Sequence record: DRR723986_75299
DNA length: 40,083 nucleotides
Direction: 5' to 3' (one strand)
Shown: piece after piece, positions 29,191 to 38,330 of the stretch
Numbering within the stretch: position 1 is the stretch's first letter
Layout of the letters: each line of letters starts with the position of its first letter
Made by a program: the position numbers and the translations under genes
The notes under the pieces: generated by a model
The model's database searches: none
What the model was told of the DNA's origin: nothing
What the model saw: the letters and a program-made list of their open reading frames with translations, nothing else

Positions 29191-29542
29191 GCGGTGTATT
29201 GGGCAGGTATTTCTTCTGCCAAAAAATAAACGTTAAACTTCCTATAAAATACATGATGCCATCCAGAAGATCTGCTGTGTACTGGCCATGTTGTAAGGGT
29301 AAATAATATTCAAAATAGACGGTCCAATAAGCAGTTATGCTTAAAATGAACCAAATGGGCAGGCGTAAATACTTGTGCTGTGTTAAGCGAAGAATCAATA
29401 GTAAAAGACCCAAAACCAAAGGCATTGCACATAGATCCGTTAAATAAAATGACATCCATTGAAATGGAACAGCATTAATTTGTTCAAGCAGTTGAACAAG
29501 TGCATAAACGAGTGCAAAGGATATGAAATATAAATATTTCAT
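29165..29542 (-). CDS. hypothetical 4-TM membrane protein
   Basis: YLTDLCAMP...FEYYLP...YTADLLD..MY pattern with hydrophobic helices. Confidence 0.72.
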   Translation of the reverse strand: MKYLYFISFALVYALVQLLEQINAVPFQWMSFYLTDLCAMPLVLGLLLLILRLTQHKYLRLPIWFILSITAYWTVYFEYYLPLQHGQYTADLLDGIMYFIGSLTFIFWQKKYLPNTPLKKQIQQT

Positions 29543-29832
29543 TAACCGTTTGCCATTGCCGTTAACCAGGCCAAAAAGGCACCGATTGCGCCGATAAATA
29601 AAAATATGGAATAAACAATGTGGTAGGCAATACGCACCAATAGGTACTTAGAATTCTTAGCGCGCTCTTGATAGATTTCAAGTTTGGTTGGCTCCCTAGC
29701 AGCTTCTTCAGCGGCAAGACGCTCTTCTCTTTTTTTATCAAGTGCCTTAGGAGATAATGCTTCACCGCAGTTTTTGCAGTAATCTTCAGCCTCATTCCAG
29801 GTTTGGCATTGTAGACATTTTCTTTCAATCAT
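29542..29832 (-). CDS. zinc-ribbon protein with C-terminal TM helix
   Basis: CLQC-x8-CKNC, charged helix, hydrophobic C-terminus; 1-nt overlap with the next gene. Confidence 0.75.
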   Translation of the reverse strand: MIERKCLQCQTWNEAEDYCKNCGEALSPKALDKKREERLAAEEAAREPTKLEIYQERAKNSKYLLVRIAYHIVYSIFLFIGAIGAFLAWLTAMANG

Positions 29833-29837
29833 AACAC

Positions 29838-29873
29838 AAAAAAACCCTGAAGCGAGCTGAGTCGTTCAGGGTT
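29838..29873 (-). terminator. intrinsic terminator of cold-shock gene
   Basis: AACCCTGAA...TTCAGGGTT stem followed by U7 on the minus strand. Confidence 0.8.
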
Positions 29874-29896
29874 ATCAATTTTATATGTTCGTATTC

Positions 29897-30088
29897 TTAG
29901 ACAACTTTAACATTAACGGCGTTTAAACCTTTCTTTCCATCTTGTAACTCAAACGTTACTTCATCATCTTCACGAATTTCATCAATTAATCCAGAAATAT
30001 GAACGAAATGTTCTTTCTTAGATTCGTCATCTATAATGAAACCAAAACCTTTGCTTTCATTGAAGAATTTTACTTTCCCTTTATTCAT
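29897..30088 (-). CDS. cold-shock protein (CspA family)
   Basis: GKVKFFNESKGFGFI (RNP1), FVHISG (RNP2), GKKGLNAVNV. Confidence 0.96.
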   Translation of the reverse strand: MNKGKVKFFNESKGFGFIIDDESKKEHFVHISGLIDEIREDDEVTFELQDGKKGLNAVNVKVV

Positions 30089-30197
30089 TGTATTTATTTT
30101 AGATAAAAATAATTAAAAATTAATTCTGCGCCAGCTTCTTGTTGATGAAATCATCCAATTGTCCATCTAACTCTACGAGCGCTTAAATTGTATTAAC

Positions 30198-30225
30198 AAA
30201 AAAGGGAGCAATTAAATTGCTCCCT
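30198..30225 (-). terminator. intrinsic terminator with no upstream minus-strand CDS
   Basis: Perfect 10-bp stem AGGGAGCAAT-(3)-ATTGCTCCCT, then a U-tract on the minus strand. Confidence 0.8.
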
Positions 30226-30265
30226 AACCCTTAACCTGTAATCGTCTTATTTGACTGTTTTACAT
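30198..30265 (-). ncRNA. candidate small RNA (~67 nt)
   Basis: Bounded by an ECF-type promoter and the orphan terminator; no ORF. The 5' end is estimated. Confidence 0.5.
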
Positions 30266-30270
30266 CTATA

Positions 30271-30298
30271 TAAACGGGATGACTTATAAAAGGTTTCA
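30271..30298 (-). promoter_or_regulatory. ECF-sigma-type promoter TGAAAC-N16-CGTTTA
   Basis: Minus strand reads TGAAAC CTTTTATAAGTCATCC CGTTTA, matching the TGAAAC-N16-CGT consensus of B. subtilis SigW/SigM-type ECFs. Confidence 0.55.
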
Positions 30299-30322
30299 AT
30301 TTTATTTTTTTAATTTTGAAAG

Positions 30323-31819
30323 ATGAACCCAAAACTGCTTATACTTTGCCTTTTTTTTATGGCTAAAATGTCTGTTAACGGACAGTATAGCTTTGAACAA
30401 AAGATCACACTGTTACTGGAAGTTGAAGATAATCCAGTTTTGACTAAAAGGGCAATAAATACCTTAACTGAATTTAAAGTCTCTTTAAACAAGTATTCGA
30501 AGCTCAAGCCTAAAAAAAAGGTATCCAAAATTTATACAGCAGTAAAAAAGGAATACCTTAGAAACTACCGTAATGGGTCTTTATTCCCCGACCTATTTAA
30601 TAAGAACACTTACAATTGTGTTACCGGAACAGCTTTATTGTCTATCATTTTTTCTGAATTCGATATTCCTCATCAAATTGTTGAGCTGCCACGGCATGTC
30701 TATATCCTGGCATATCCAGAAACTGAGGCTATCGGAATTGAGTCAACAGCAAGTCATAATGGAATATATCCTTGGATGGAAAAAAACAGTGTTCAAGCCC
30801 TTTCTTTTTTGGTACGTAGTGATCAAATTACGGCTGATGAAATTGCAATACGCGGAGCTGAAAATGTACTCGTTGAAGAGTATTACGAAAATCAAGATTT
30901 AAATTTTGAAAATCTTATCGGCATTCATTTCATAAATGCTGCTCTTAACGAAATAGAACGAAAAAACTCAAAAAGAGCAGTTGAACTGATAGAGAAATCG
31001 AAAGCGTATTATATTTCACCTATAACTGAAATGATCGAAGGTGGTATTTACTCTGAACTCATTTCTGATACTGAATACAAAGACATTAACTTACCCGATT
31101 ATGTAACTGCTTTCTATAATTTACTTGAAAAGCCATCAGCAAAAAATCACTGCGAATCTTTCTACAGAATGATTTTAGAAGAAGCACTATTCAATAGAAA
31201 TGATCGCGTTTTTTTGGACACCTCAAGATATCATGCCGCGAGAAATATAGCTGATTCAGTAGATCGAGACAATTTTCTTAGCTTGAGTTATATTGAAGAA
31301 GCTAGATGGCACGCCACCAAAGATCGTCACTATGAGAGTTTACAGGCTGGTATAAACGGCCAAAACCTCAATCCTTCAAATCTTATTTTTGAAGACATTA
31401 TCACTCATGAATTACGTTCATATGCATATGACCTTTTCGAGTATGATTATATTGAAATTGACTCCATTTTATCTCCGATTATTGAGCAAAACCCCACCGT
31501 TATGAAGAACCTTGAATTTGCCGAGTTTTATATTGGATTTTACTATGAAACTGCTTCTGAGGCCTTTTATAATAGTGATGAAAAAATTGGGCTTCTATTA
31601 AAACAGAAGTGTGAATCCTTATTAGAACAGGCACTGGTTCACCATAAAAACCTTAACATGACTCTATTTCAAGCTGAATTGTACGGCGATATGGCGAGCT
31701 ATTACTATCGTGAAAAAGATTACGATAACGCAGAAAAGTGGATTTTACTTGCCATGGAAACTTCTGATGATTCTGAAGCCTATAAGAACAGGTATAACTA
31801 CATGAAGTATAGATTCTAA
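30323..31819 (+). CDS. exported transglutaminase-like domain + helical/TPR-like protein
   Basis: Signal peptide, YNCVTGTAL...LPRHVY...IEST, C-terminal TPR-like helices. Confidence 0.65.
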   Translation: MNPKLLILCLFFMAKMSVNGQYSFEQKITLLLEVEDNPVLTKRAINTLTEFKVSLNKYSKLKPKKKVSKIYTAVKKEYLRNYRNGSLFPDLFNKNTYNCVTGTALLSIIFSEFDIPHQIVELPRHVYILAYPETEAIGIESTASHNGIYPWMEKNSVQALSFLVRSDQITADEIAIRGAENVLVEEYYENQDLNFENLIGIHFINAALNEIERKNSKRAVELIEKSKAYYISPITEMIEGGIYSELISDTEYKDINLPDYVTAFYNLLEKPSAKNHCESFYRMILEEALFNRNDRVFLDTSRYHAARNIADSVDRDNFLSLSYIEEARWHATKDRHYESLQAGINGQNLNPSNLIFEDIITHELRSYAYDLFEYDYIEIDSILSPIIEQNPTVMKNLEFAEFYIGFYYETASEAFYNSDEKIGLLLKQKCESLLEQALVHHKNLNMTLFQAELYGDMASYYYREKDYDNAEKWILLAMETSDDSEAYKNRYNYMKYRF

Positions 31820-32574
31820 CCTTCTTTCTTTTCAAAAGTCTTCAATTCGAATGTTTCTCCATCAAAAACGCCGTAAGTAAAATAGCTGATCCAATCTCCT
31901 AAATTGATGTATTGCGCACCATCTTTCAAATCAAACTCAATGGGTAAATGTCGGTGTCCGAAAACGTAATAATCTCGGTGCTTTTCGGTTTGTTTGTCTT
32001 TGCAATATTGAATGAGCATCTCTTTTTCTTCACCGTAAAAAGTAGCGTCAGAATTACCAGTTGCCGCCCTACTCTTTCTTGACATAAAATTCGCCAAACC
32101 GATTCCAAAATTTGGATGGAATCTGGCAAAAAGCCATTGTGAAATCTTAGACCTGAATACTCCTTTAATGAATTTGTACGATCGATCTCCAGGGCCTAAA
32201 CCGTCTCCATGGCCGATAAAGAACTTCTTACCAAAGTATTCTCGCTCAATTTCAGTAGTATGCAATTCAACTCCTAATTCTTTCGGAATGTAATCGAAAA
32301 TCCACATGTCGTGATTTCCAATGAACCAATGCACTTTGATTCCAGCATCCGTTAATTCAGCAATTTTGCCTTGAATTCTCACGAAACCTTTAGGAATAGC
32401 TCGTTTATATTCAAACCAGAAATCAAAAACATCTCCTAAAAGATAAATTTCTTCTGCTTCGTCTTTAATGGAATCTAGCCATCTGATGATCTTTTTTTCA
32501 CGAATCAAACTATCCTCATAATTGGGCGCACCCAGATGAAAGTCAGAAGCAAAAAAGATCTTTTTGTTAGCCAT
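31816..32574 (-). CDS. lpxH: UDP-2,3-diacylglucosamine diphosphatase (LpxH-like metallophosphoesterase)
   Basis: ASDFHLG, LGDVFDFWFEY, GNHD, HGDG, FGHRH, NLGDW. Confidence 0.85.
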   Translation of the reverse strand: MANKKIFFASDFHLGAPNYEDSLIREKKIIRWLDSIKDEAEEIYLLGDVFDFWFEYKRAIPKGFVRIQGKIAELTDAGIKVHWFIGNHDMWIFDYIPKELGVELHTTEIEREYFGKKFFIGHGDGLGPGDRSYKFIKGVFRSKISQWLFARFHPNFGIGLANFMSRKSRAATGNSDATFYGEEKEMLIQYCKDKQTEKHRDYYVFGHRHLPIEFDLKDGAQYINLGDWISYFTYGVFDGETFELKTFEKKEG

Positions 32575-32587
32575 TTAGCCCAATTGA

Positions 32588-33727
32588 TTAGTGCCCAAAT
32601 ATAGCGCTTAATTGCTTTTCAAGCTCAGGACCTCTAAGATTCGTACCAATCACTTTGCCTTCTTTATCGATTAGCACGGTGAATGGAATTCCTTTAACTG
32701 CATAATCTTTAGCGGCAATTGACTGCCACTTTTTTAAATCACTCACATGACTTGGCCAGATGAGTCCGTCTTGCTCAATGGCTTGCATCCACCTTCCTTT
32801 ATCATGATCTAAAGAAACAGAGTAGACCTCAAAACCGTCTTTGTTGTACTTATTGTAATTCTTTACCACGTTAGGATTCTCTGCTCTACACGGTCTGCAC
32901 CATGAAGCCCAGAAATCAATCAACACCACTTTACCTTTTAAATCTGATAACTTAATGGTATCTCCTTCGGTATTGGGTAAGCTGATTTCCTTAGCCGGAT
33001 TACCAGGACTTAAAAAGGCCGTTTTTTCTTTATCCTTTTTCAAGTTGGCAATGTAAGTTTGAACGCTTTGCACGGTTGGAGAATCTCCGAATGATTTAGA
33101 TAACAATTCACCAATGGATTGATACAAGTCCCACTCCTTATCTTTATCTATCACATTAATGGTAATGATCAAGGCTGGAGAATTGGCGTATTGATTGATG
33201 AAATTGTTTCTGTTTTGATAGAAGTTTTCTGCTACAGGTTTAAAGTAAGCATCAAGTTCTGGCCCTAAGCTAGGGTTTGAGCGTGCAATACGCTTTAATG
33301 AATCTTCAACATATTTAAATTCGTTGAGCGCTACCACAAACTGATTCATAGCCTCAGACTCATCTGAACCAACAAAATTTGAAATTTTTGCTAGCTGCTT
33401 GGCGTCACCGTAAATTTTGATGGTATCGTTTCCTTTTAGGATGATGTTCACCAATTGGTTGTTCTCTAATTTGAGGTAATAATAATCTCTAAACGGAAGA
33501 TCGTAAGTAAAAGCGAACTTACCTGTACTATCTGCTATCACTGTTTTTAGCGGCTTGTTGACACCTCCTAAATTTTGATTCCCGAAGGCTATTTTTTGAT
33601 TTTCAGCACCAACAATTTGCCCAGAAATTACAGCTGTTCCAAAGGTAACTTTGTTCTGTGGTCCGACTTGTGAAAGCGCAAACCCTCCTATAATTAATGC
33701 GAATATGAGTGTTAGTGATTTTATCAT
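32588..33727 (-). CDS. TlpA-family disulfide reductase, exported
   Basis: Signal peptide, LIDFWASWCRPCRAENP, GIPFTVLIDKEG. Confidence 0.92.
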   Translation of the reverse strand: MIKSLTLIFALIIGGFALSQVGPQNKVTFGTAVISGQIVGAENQKIAFGNQNLGGVNKPLKTVIADSTGKFAFTYDLPFRDYYYLKLENNQLVNIILKGNDTIKIYGDAKQLAKISNFVGSDESEAMNQFVVALNEFKYVEDSLKRIARSNPSLGPELDAYFKPVAENFYQNRNNFINQYANSPALIITINVIDKDKEWDLYQSIGELLSKSFGDSPTVQSVQTYIANLKKDKEKTAFLSPGNPAKEISLPNTEGDTIKLSDLKGKVVLIDFWASWCRPCRAENPNVVKNYNKYNKDGFEVYSVSLDHDKGRWMQAIEQDGLIWPSHVSDLKKWQSIAAKDYAVKGIPFTVLIDKEGKVIGTNLRGPELEKQLSAIFGH

Positions 33728-33736
33728 AGTTTATTT

Positions 33737-34912
33737 TTAACCTAAAATTTCTTGCAATTTTTGTTCCAAAGCACCGCCTCTTAAGTTCTGGTCAATTATT
33801 CTACCGTCCTTATCTAACAAAAAGGTTGCTGGAATTGAGTTGACATTATATTTTGCTGCTGCTGCAGATTGCCAACCCTTTAAATCAGAGACGTGATTTG
33901 GCCAAACAAGGTTGTCAGCCTCAATGGCTTGTTTCCACTTGTTTTTATCGGTATCTAATGAGACACTGTATACCGTAAAGCCTTTGTCTTTATACTTTTC
34001 GTAAGTTTTAACTACGTTAGGATTTTCCATTCTGCAAGGCCCACACCATGATGCCCAGAAGTCAATCAATACCACTTTACCTCTTAAAGATGATAAGGCA
34101 ATCATTTTTCCGTCAGGATCTGCGAAATTGATTTCAGGCGCCAAATCTCCACCGCCGCCATTTCTAATTTGATCTAATTGCGCAAGTGTATTTGATTTCG
34201 ACTCTTGCACATAATCAGGGTACTCAGAATACGGATACTTTTCGCGCATTGCAGCCTCTACCTTATCAAAATAATCTAGGTCAGTTGAATCAAAAGTTGC
34301 CAATCCTGAAGGTGGATAAAATTCTTGCAACATGATCCAACTTACTGGAGATGCAGGCTTTTGGTTGATATAATTAATTGCGTATTCTTTCTGAATCAAT
34401 CCGATAGAATCTAATTCAGCCAATAAAGATGCTTTGGCTTCGCCACCTAAGGTCACATCTAACTGTGATTTGATCGAATTTTCTTTAGGCATGAAATCCT
34501 TCAAAAACATCATGTAATCTCTGTAATCTTTTGAGTTTTGATCACCTTTAATATCATAATTCAATCCCAATCCTGGATATGAACCGGTCAACTCAATCGC
34601 TCCAGCGTTTTCATCTGGAAAGAGATAAATCAATTCTCTTGTTGTGCCGATATCCAACACATACTCACGCAATTCTTTGGTATCCGTCCACATTTCAAAG
34701 CTGCCATCAGTTGTTGTTACTGAATCTACCAATCGTTCTTCACCATTTTCAAAAACCCACAATGAGATTTTTTGATTTTCGGCACCATCAAGATTTCCTG
34801 AAATCTTTATCCCATCTCTTTCTATCTCTTCAGTTGTTTCTGCCTCACCGCCACAGCTGGCCAACATTAGCAACATGAAAAACGCAGTGAATATCTGTTT
34901 TGATTTGTTCAT
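33737..34912 (-). CDS. TlpA-family disulfide reductase lipoprotein (DUF4369-like N-domain)
   Basis: LAS-C lipobox, DFWASWCGPCRMENP. Start moved to ATG 34912, just after the gatB stop. Confidence 0.92.
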   Translation of the reverse strand: MNKSKQIFTAFFMLLMLASCGGEAETTEEIERDGIKISGNLDGAENQKISLWVFENGEERLVDSVTTTDGSFEMWTDTKELREYVLDIGTTRELIYLFPDENAGAIELTGSYPGLGLNYDIKGDQNSKDYRDYMMFLKDFMPKENSIKSQLDVTLGGEAKASLLAELDSIGLIQKEYAINYINQKPASPVSWIMLQEFYPPSGLATFDSTDLDYFDKVEAAMREKYPYSEYPDYVQESKSNTLAQLDQIRNGGGGDLAPEINFADPDGKMIALSSLRGKVVLIDFWASWCGPCRMENPNVVKTYEKYKDKGFTVYSVSLDTDKNKWKQAIEADNLVWPNHVSDLKGWQSAAAAKYNVNSIPATFLLDKDGRIIDQNLRGGALEQKLQEILG

Positions 34913-34913
34913 A

Positions 34914-36368
34914 TTATACCATCTCATTGATTAATTTACTTGCAGATTTAGGATCTGCTTTTCCTCTACTCTTTTTCATTAATTGCCCCATTAAGAAGCC
35001 CATTAATTTTTTCTCTCCACCTTTGAATCGCTCGTATTCTGAAGGATTTTCATCAAACACTTCTTGAATTAATGCCTTAATGCTGTCGTCATCTGAATCT
35101 TGAATCCAATCGTTCGCTACCGCAATTTTCTCAGCATCATCTGTTGATTCAAGCATAGCTGGAAACAACTTTTGAGACGCTAAATTGTTAGACACCTTAC
35201 CAGAATCAATCAATTCAATTAATCCAGCAATGCGCGCAGCTGAAATCGGAAACTCATGAATTCCAATGGCTTTTTCGTTCAGGTAAGATTTGACGCTTCC
35301 CATTAACCAGTTCGCTGCTGATTTGTAATTCTTTGTATTTTCAATAATCTCCTCAAAATACAAGGCAATTTCTTTTTGATCGGTCAAAATACCTGCATCA
35401 TAATCAGATAAGCCCAATTCATTCGTGTACTTGTTGAACAAGGCATTCGGTAAAGGCGGCATCTCATCTTTGATAGATTGAATATGCTCCTGCGTTACCT
35501 TGATAGGCTGTAAATCTGGCTCAGGAAAATAACGGTAATCATTGGCTGCTTCTTTAGATCGCATTGCCGTTGTAGTGCCCGTTACCGCGTTGAAATTTCT
35601 TGTTTCTTGTACCAAAGTTTCACCTTTTTCGTTGGCCAAAATTTGACGTTCTATTTCAAACTCAATGGCTCTTTGCACGTTTCTGATGGAGTTCAAGTTC
35701 TTAGTTTCAGAACGTACACCAAATTCTTTTGATCCTTTCAGCATCACAGATACGTTGGCATCACATCTCAACGATCCTTCTTCCATATTTCCATCACAAA
35801 TGTCTAAGTAGCGCACTAATTTTCTGATCTCGGTGAGATAGTTATAAGCTTCTTGAGATGAACGAATGTCTGGTTCTGATACAATCTCAATCAATGGCAC
35901 CCCTGCTCTATTCAAGTCAATTAAGGTGTTGAACGGATCGATATCGTGAATACTTTTACCAGCATCCTCTTCCATGTGAATTCGCGTGATTCCAATTTCT
36001 TTAGTTGATCCGTCTTCAGACTTTACCAACACCTTACCACCTGTGCAAATTGGCGTAGTATCTTGCGTAATTTGATATCCTTTAGGTAAATCTGGATAAA
36101 AGTAATTTTTACGAGCAAAATGCTGATGCTCTGCAATGGTTGATTCACAAGCGATTCCCATTTTAATGGCAAAATCAATTGTTTTCTTATTCATTTTAGG
36201 CAATGTTCCTGGATGCCCTAGGGTAATTGCACTAATATTTGTGTTGGGTGCAGAACCGTATTCATTTCTATCGTTTGAATAGGCCTTTGATTTCGTCAGC
36301 ATTTGCGCGTGCACCTCAAGCCCAATAACAGCTTGATATTTATTTCTTATTTCTTCTGATAATCCCAT
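34914..36368 (-). CDS. gatB: Asp-tRNA(Asn)/Glu-tRNA(Gln) amidotransferase subunit B
   Basis: VIGLEVHAQ, RKNYFYPDLPKGYQI, HMEEDAGK, DLNRAGVPLIEIVSEP, DYRYFPEPDL. Confidence 0.97.
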   Translation of the reverse strand: MGLSEEIRNKYQAVIGLEVHAQMLTKSKAYSNDRNEYGSAPNTNISAITLGHPGTLPKMNKKTIDFAIKMGIACESTIAEHQHFARKNYFYPDLPKGYQITQDTTPICTGGKVLVKSEDGSTKEIGITRIHMEEDAGKSIHDIDPFNTLIDLNRAGVPLIEIVSEPDIRSSQEAYNYLTEIRKLVRYLDICDGNMEEGSLRCDANVSVMLKGSKEFGVRSETKNLNSIRNVQRAIEFEIERQILANEKGETLVQETRNFNAVTGTTTAMRSKEAANDYRYFPEPDLQPIKVTQEHIQSIKDEMPPLPNALFNKYTNELGLSDYDAGILTDQKEIALYFEEIIENTKNYKSAANWLMGSVKSYLNEKAIGIHEFPISAARIAGLIELIDSGKVSNNLASQKLFPAMLESTDDAEKIAVANDWIQDSDDDSIKALIQEVFDENPSEYERFKGGEKKLMGFLMGQLMKKSRGKADPKSASKLINEMV

Positions 36369-37180
36369 TAGCTTTTTGCAATCAGTTCTTTGATCAATTT
36401 TGTCATATTAGGTTCAGCCTTGGCAGCTGTATCAATAATTTCTGGTATATCCACCGGTTTTAAAGTTTCGGGCGTACACATATCTGTAATGATAGAAACA
36501 GCAAAAACAGGAATATTCATGTGTCTGGCTACAATCACTTCAGGAATGGTTGACATCCCTACTGCATCTCCACCTATAGTTCTCAAATATTTGTATTCTG
36601 CAGCAGTTTCTAAGTTTGGACCTGCAACTCCGCAATAAACGCCTGTGTGTACTTTTATCCCCAATTCACTGGCTAAGATTTTTGCATCTTGAATCATTTG
36701 CGGATTGTATTGCTCATACATATCTACCCAACGATCACCCAATTCATCCAAGTTAGGTCCTCTCAAAGGATTGGCTGGAAACAAATCAATATGATCATCT
36801 AAAATCATGATGTCTCCTTGTTTGAATTTAGGATTTAATCCGCCAGCGGCATTAGAAATAAACAATTGTTGAATACCCAACATCTTCATTACACGAATTG
36901 GAAAAGTGACTTGCTGCATGCTGTATCCTTCATAATAATGAAAACGACCTTGCATAGCTACCACCTTTTTACCGCCTAAATGCCCGAACAATAATTTACC
37001 CGAATGACTCTCCACCGTTGAAACCGGAAAGTTAGGTATGTCTTCGTAAGCCAGTTCATCTGTGATGTCAATCTCAGATACTAAACCTCCTAAACCAGTA
37101 CCTAAAACGATACCAATATCTGGTTTACCTCCAATTTTTTCATGGATGAATTCTGTGGTTTCAATGATTGTTTTCAACAT
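36368..37180 (-). CDS. punA: purine-nucleoside phosphorylase (trimeric class)
   Basis: VLGTGLG, STVESHSG, QGRFHYYEG, NAAGG, GPNLETAAE, VGMSTIPE. Confidence 0.93.
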   Translation of the reverse strand: MLKTIIETTEFIHEKIGGKPDIGIVLGTGLGGLVSEIDITDELAYEDIPNFPVSTVESHSGKLLFGHLGGKKVVAMQGRFHYYEGYSMQQVTFPIRVMKMLGIQQLFISNAAGGLNPKFKQGDIMILDDHIDLFPANPLRGPNLDELGDRWVDMYEQYNPQMIQDAKILASELGIKVHTGVYCGVAGPNLETAAEYKYLRTIGGDAVGMSTIPEVIVARHMNIPVFAVSIITDMCTPETLKPVDIPEIIDTAAKAEPNMTKLIKELIAKS

Positions 37181-38204
37181 AGCTCAGCACTTCTTTATTA
37201 AAGCCCTCTGTATTATCAATTTCAACTGTGATACTTTGGTAGGCCCAAGGATACTTTTCTGTGAGTGCTTTAAACTCTTGTGTATCCAGACGCATGGCAT
37301 CTTTCTCAGTAGTTAAAATTAAAGGTTTTTCGTTTGCAAATTTATCAAATAAATTGTGAATCTCAGTGAGTTCTGAAGCCCTAAATTTGTGGTGATCATT
37401 GTAGTTGAAATGATGGATAATTTCAGCTTGCTCAGCAATGTACTTTTCTAAAGGAGCTGTTTTCGCAATTCCGGTTACCAAAATGATTTTTCGACCCGAT
37501 AAGTTTATGGATGCTGCGCCCTGTAAAGGCAGCACTTCACCGTAAATAATGCGTGAAAAATAAAGCGATTGATGCGCTAAGGGCTTACATTTACGCTTGA
37601 TTTGCTCTTTTTCATGTTCGCTTAATTCAGGACATTTGGTGACAATGATGATATCGGCACGTTTTTTACCAATTTTAGATTCGCGCAAATTGCCCATTGG
37701 CAAAATGAAATCTGAATAGTAAGGATGCGAATAGTCTGAGAGCAAAATATTCAAACCCGCATGAATGGCACGGTGCTGATAAGCGTCATCCAGTAACAGT
37801 ACATTGATATCGGGCTGTTGGCGGAACAAATCCATAGCGCCTAACACACGATTGGCCTCTACTGAAACGGTGATGTCATTTTTAAACTTTTTATAAAACT
37901 GTAGCGGCTCATCACCAATGGTTGCGGCGGTTGAGTTTTCATCTGCAATTTTAAAACCACGCTCTACCCTACCAAAACCTCTTGATAAAGTGGCGACTTG
38001 GTGTTGATCTTTCAATAAACGAATGAGGTATTCAATGTGCGGCGATTTACCTGTACCGCCCATACTCAAATTGCCAACATTAATGGTAGCTGCTGAAAAT
38101 TTAGAAGACTTCATGATTCCTCTATTGTAAAACAAATTGCGGATGGATGTAATGCACCAATACACCATTGCAAAAGGAAAAAAGATGAGTCTGAAATACT
38201 TCAT
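37161..38204 (-). CDS. lpxK: tetraacyldisaccharide 4'-kinase
   Basis: VGNLSMGGTGKSP, LSRGFGR, IGDEP, LDDAYQH, P.GNLRE, TTEKDAMR. Confidence 0.96.
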   Translation of the reverse strand: MKYFRLIFFPFAMVYWCITSIRNLFYNRGIMKSSKFSAATINVGNLSMGGTGKSPHIEYLIRLLKDQHQVATLSRGFGRVERGFKIADENSTAATIGDEPLQFYKKFKNDITVSVEANRVLGAMDLFRQQPDINVLLLDDAYQHRAIHAGLNILLSDYSHPYYSDFILPMGNLRESKIGKKRADIIIVTKCPELSEHEKEQIKRKCKPLAHQSLYFSRIIYGEVLPLQGAASINLSGRKIILVTGIAKTAPLEKYIAEQAEIIHHFNYNDHHKFRASELTEIHNLFDKFANEKPLILTTEKDAMRLDTQEFKALTEKYPWAYQSITVEIDNTEGFNKEVLSYVENNH

Positions 38205-38209
38205 TAGAA

Positions 38210-38217
38210 CAAAAATA
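38210..38217 (-). promoter_or_regulatory. -7 element TATTTTTG of lpxK operon
   Basis: Consensus 5 nt from the ATG, implying a leaderless-type start. Confidence 0.5.
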
Positions 38218-38330
38218 AGCTTCTCAGCAAATTGACACAGAAAATCTAAGTATTTAAACGAATAATCAGCTTGCTTTATTTTGAGAGCGCTAAAAAGGCT
38301 TAGTTAGGATGGATTTGGTAGATTAGTTCT

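Noticed and set aside
29562-29828. 88-aa same-strand alternative-frame ORF
   Set aside because: Nested in the zinc-ribbon gene, whose frame holds the motifs and the coupling to the next gene.
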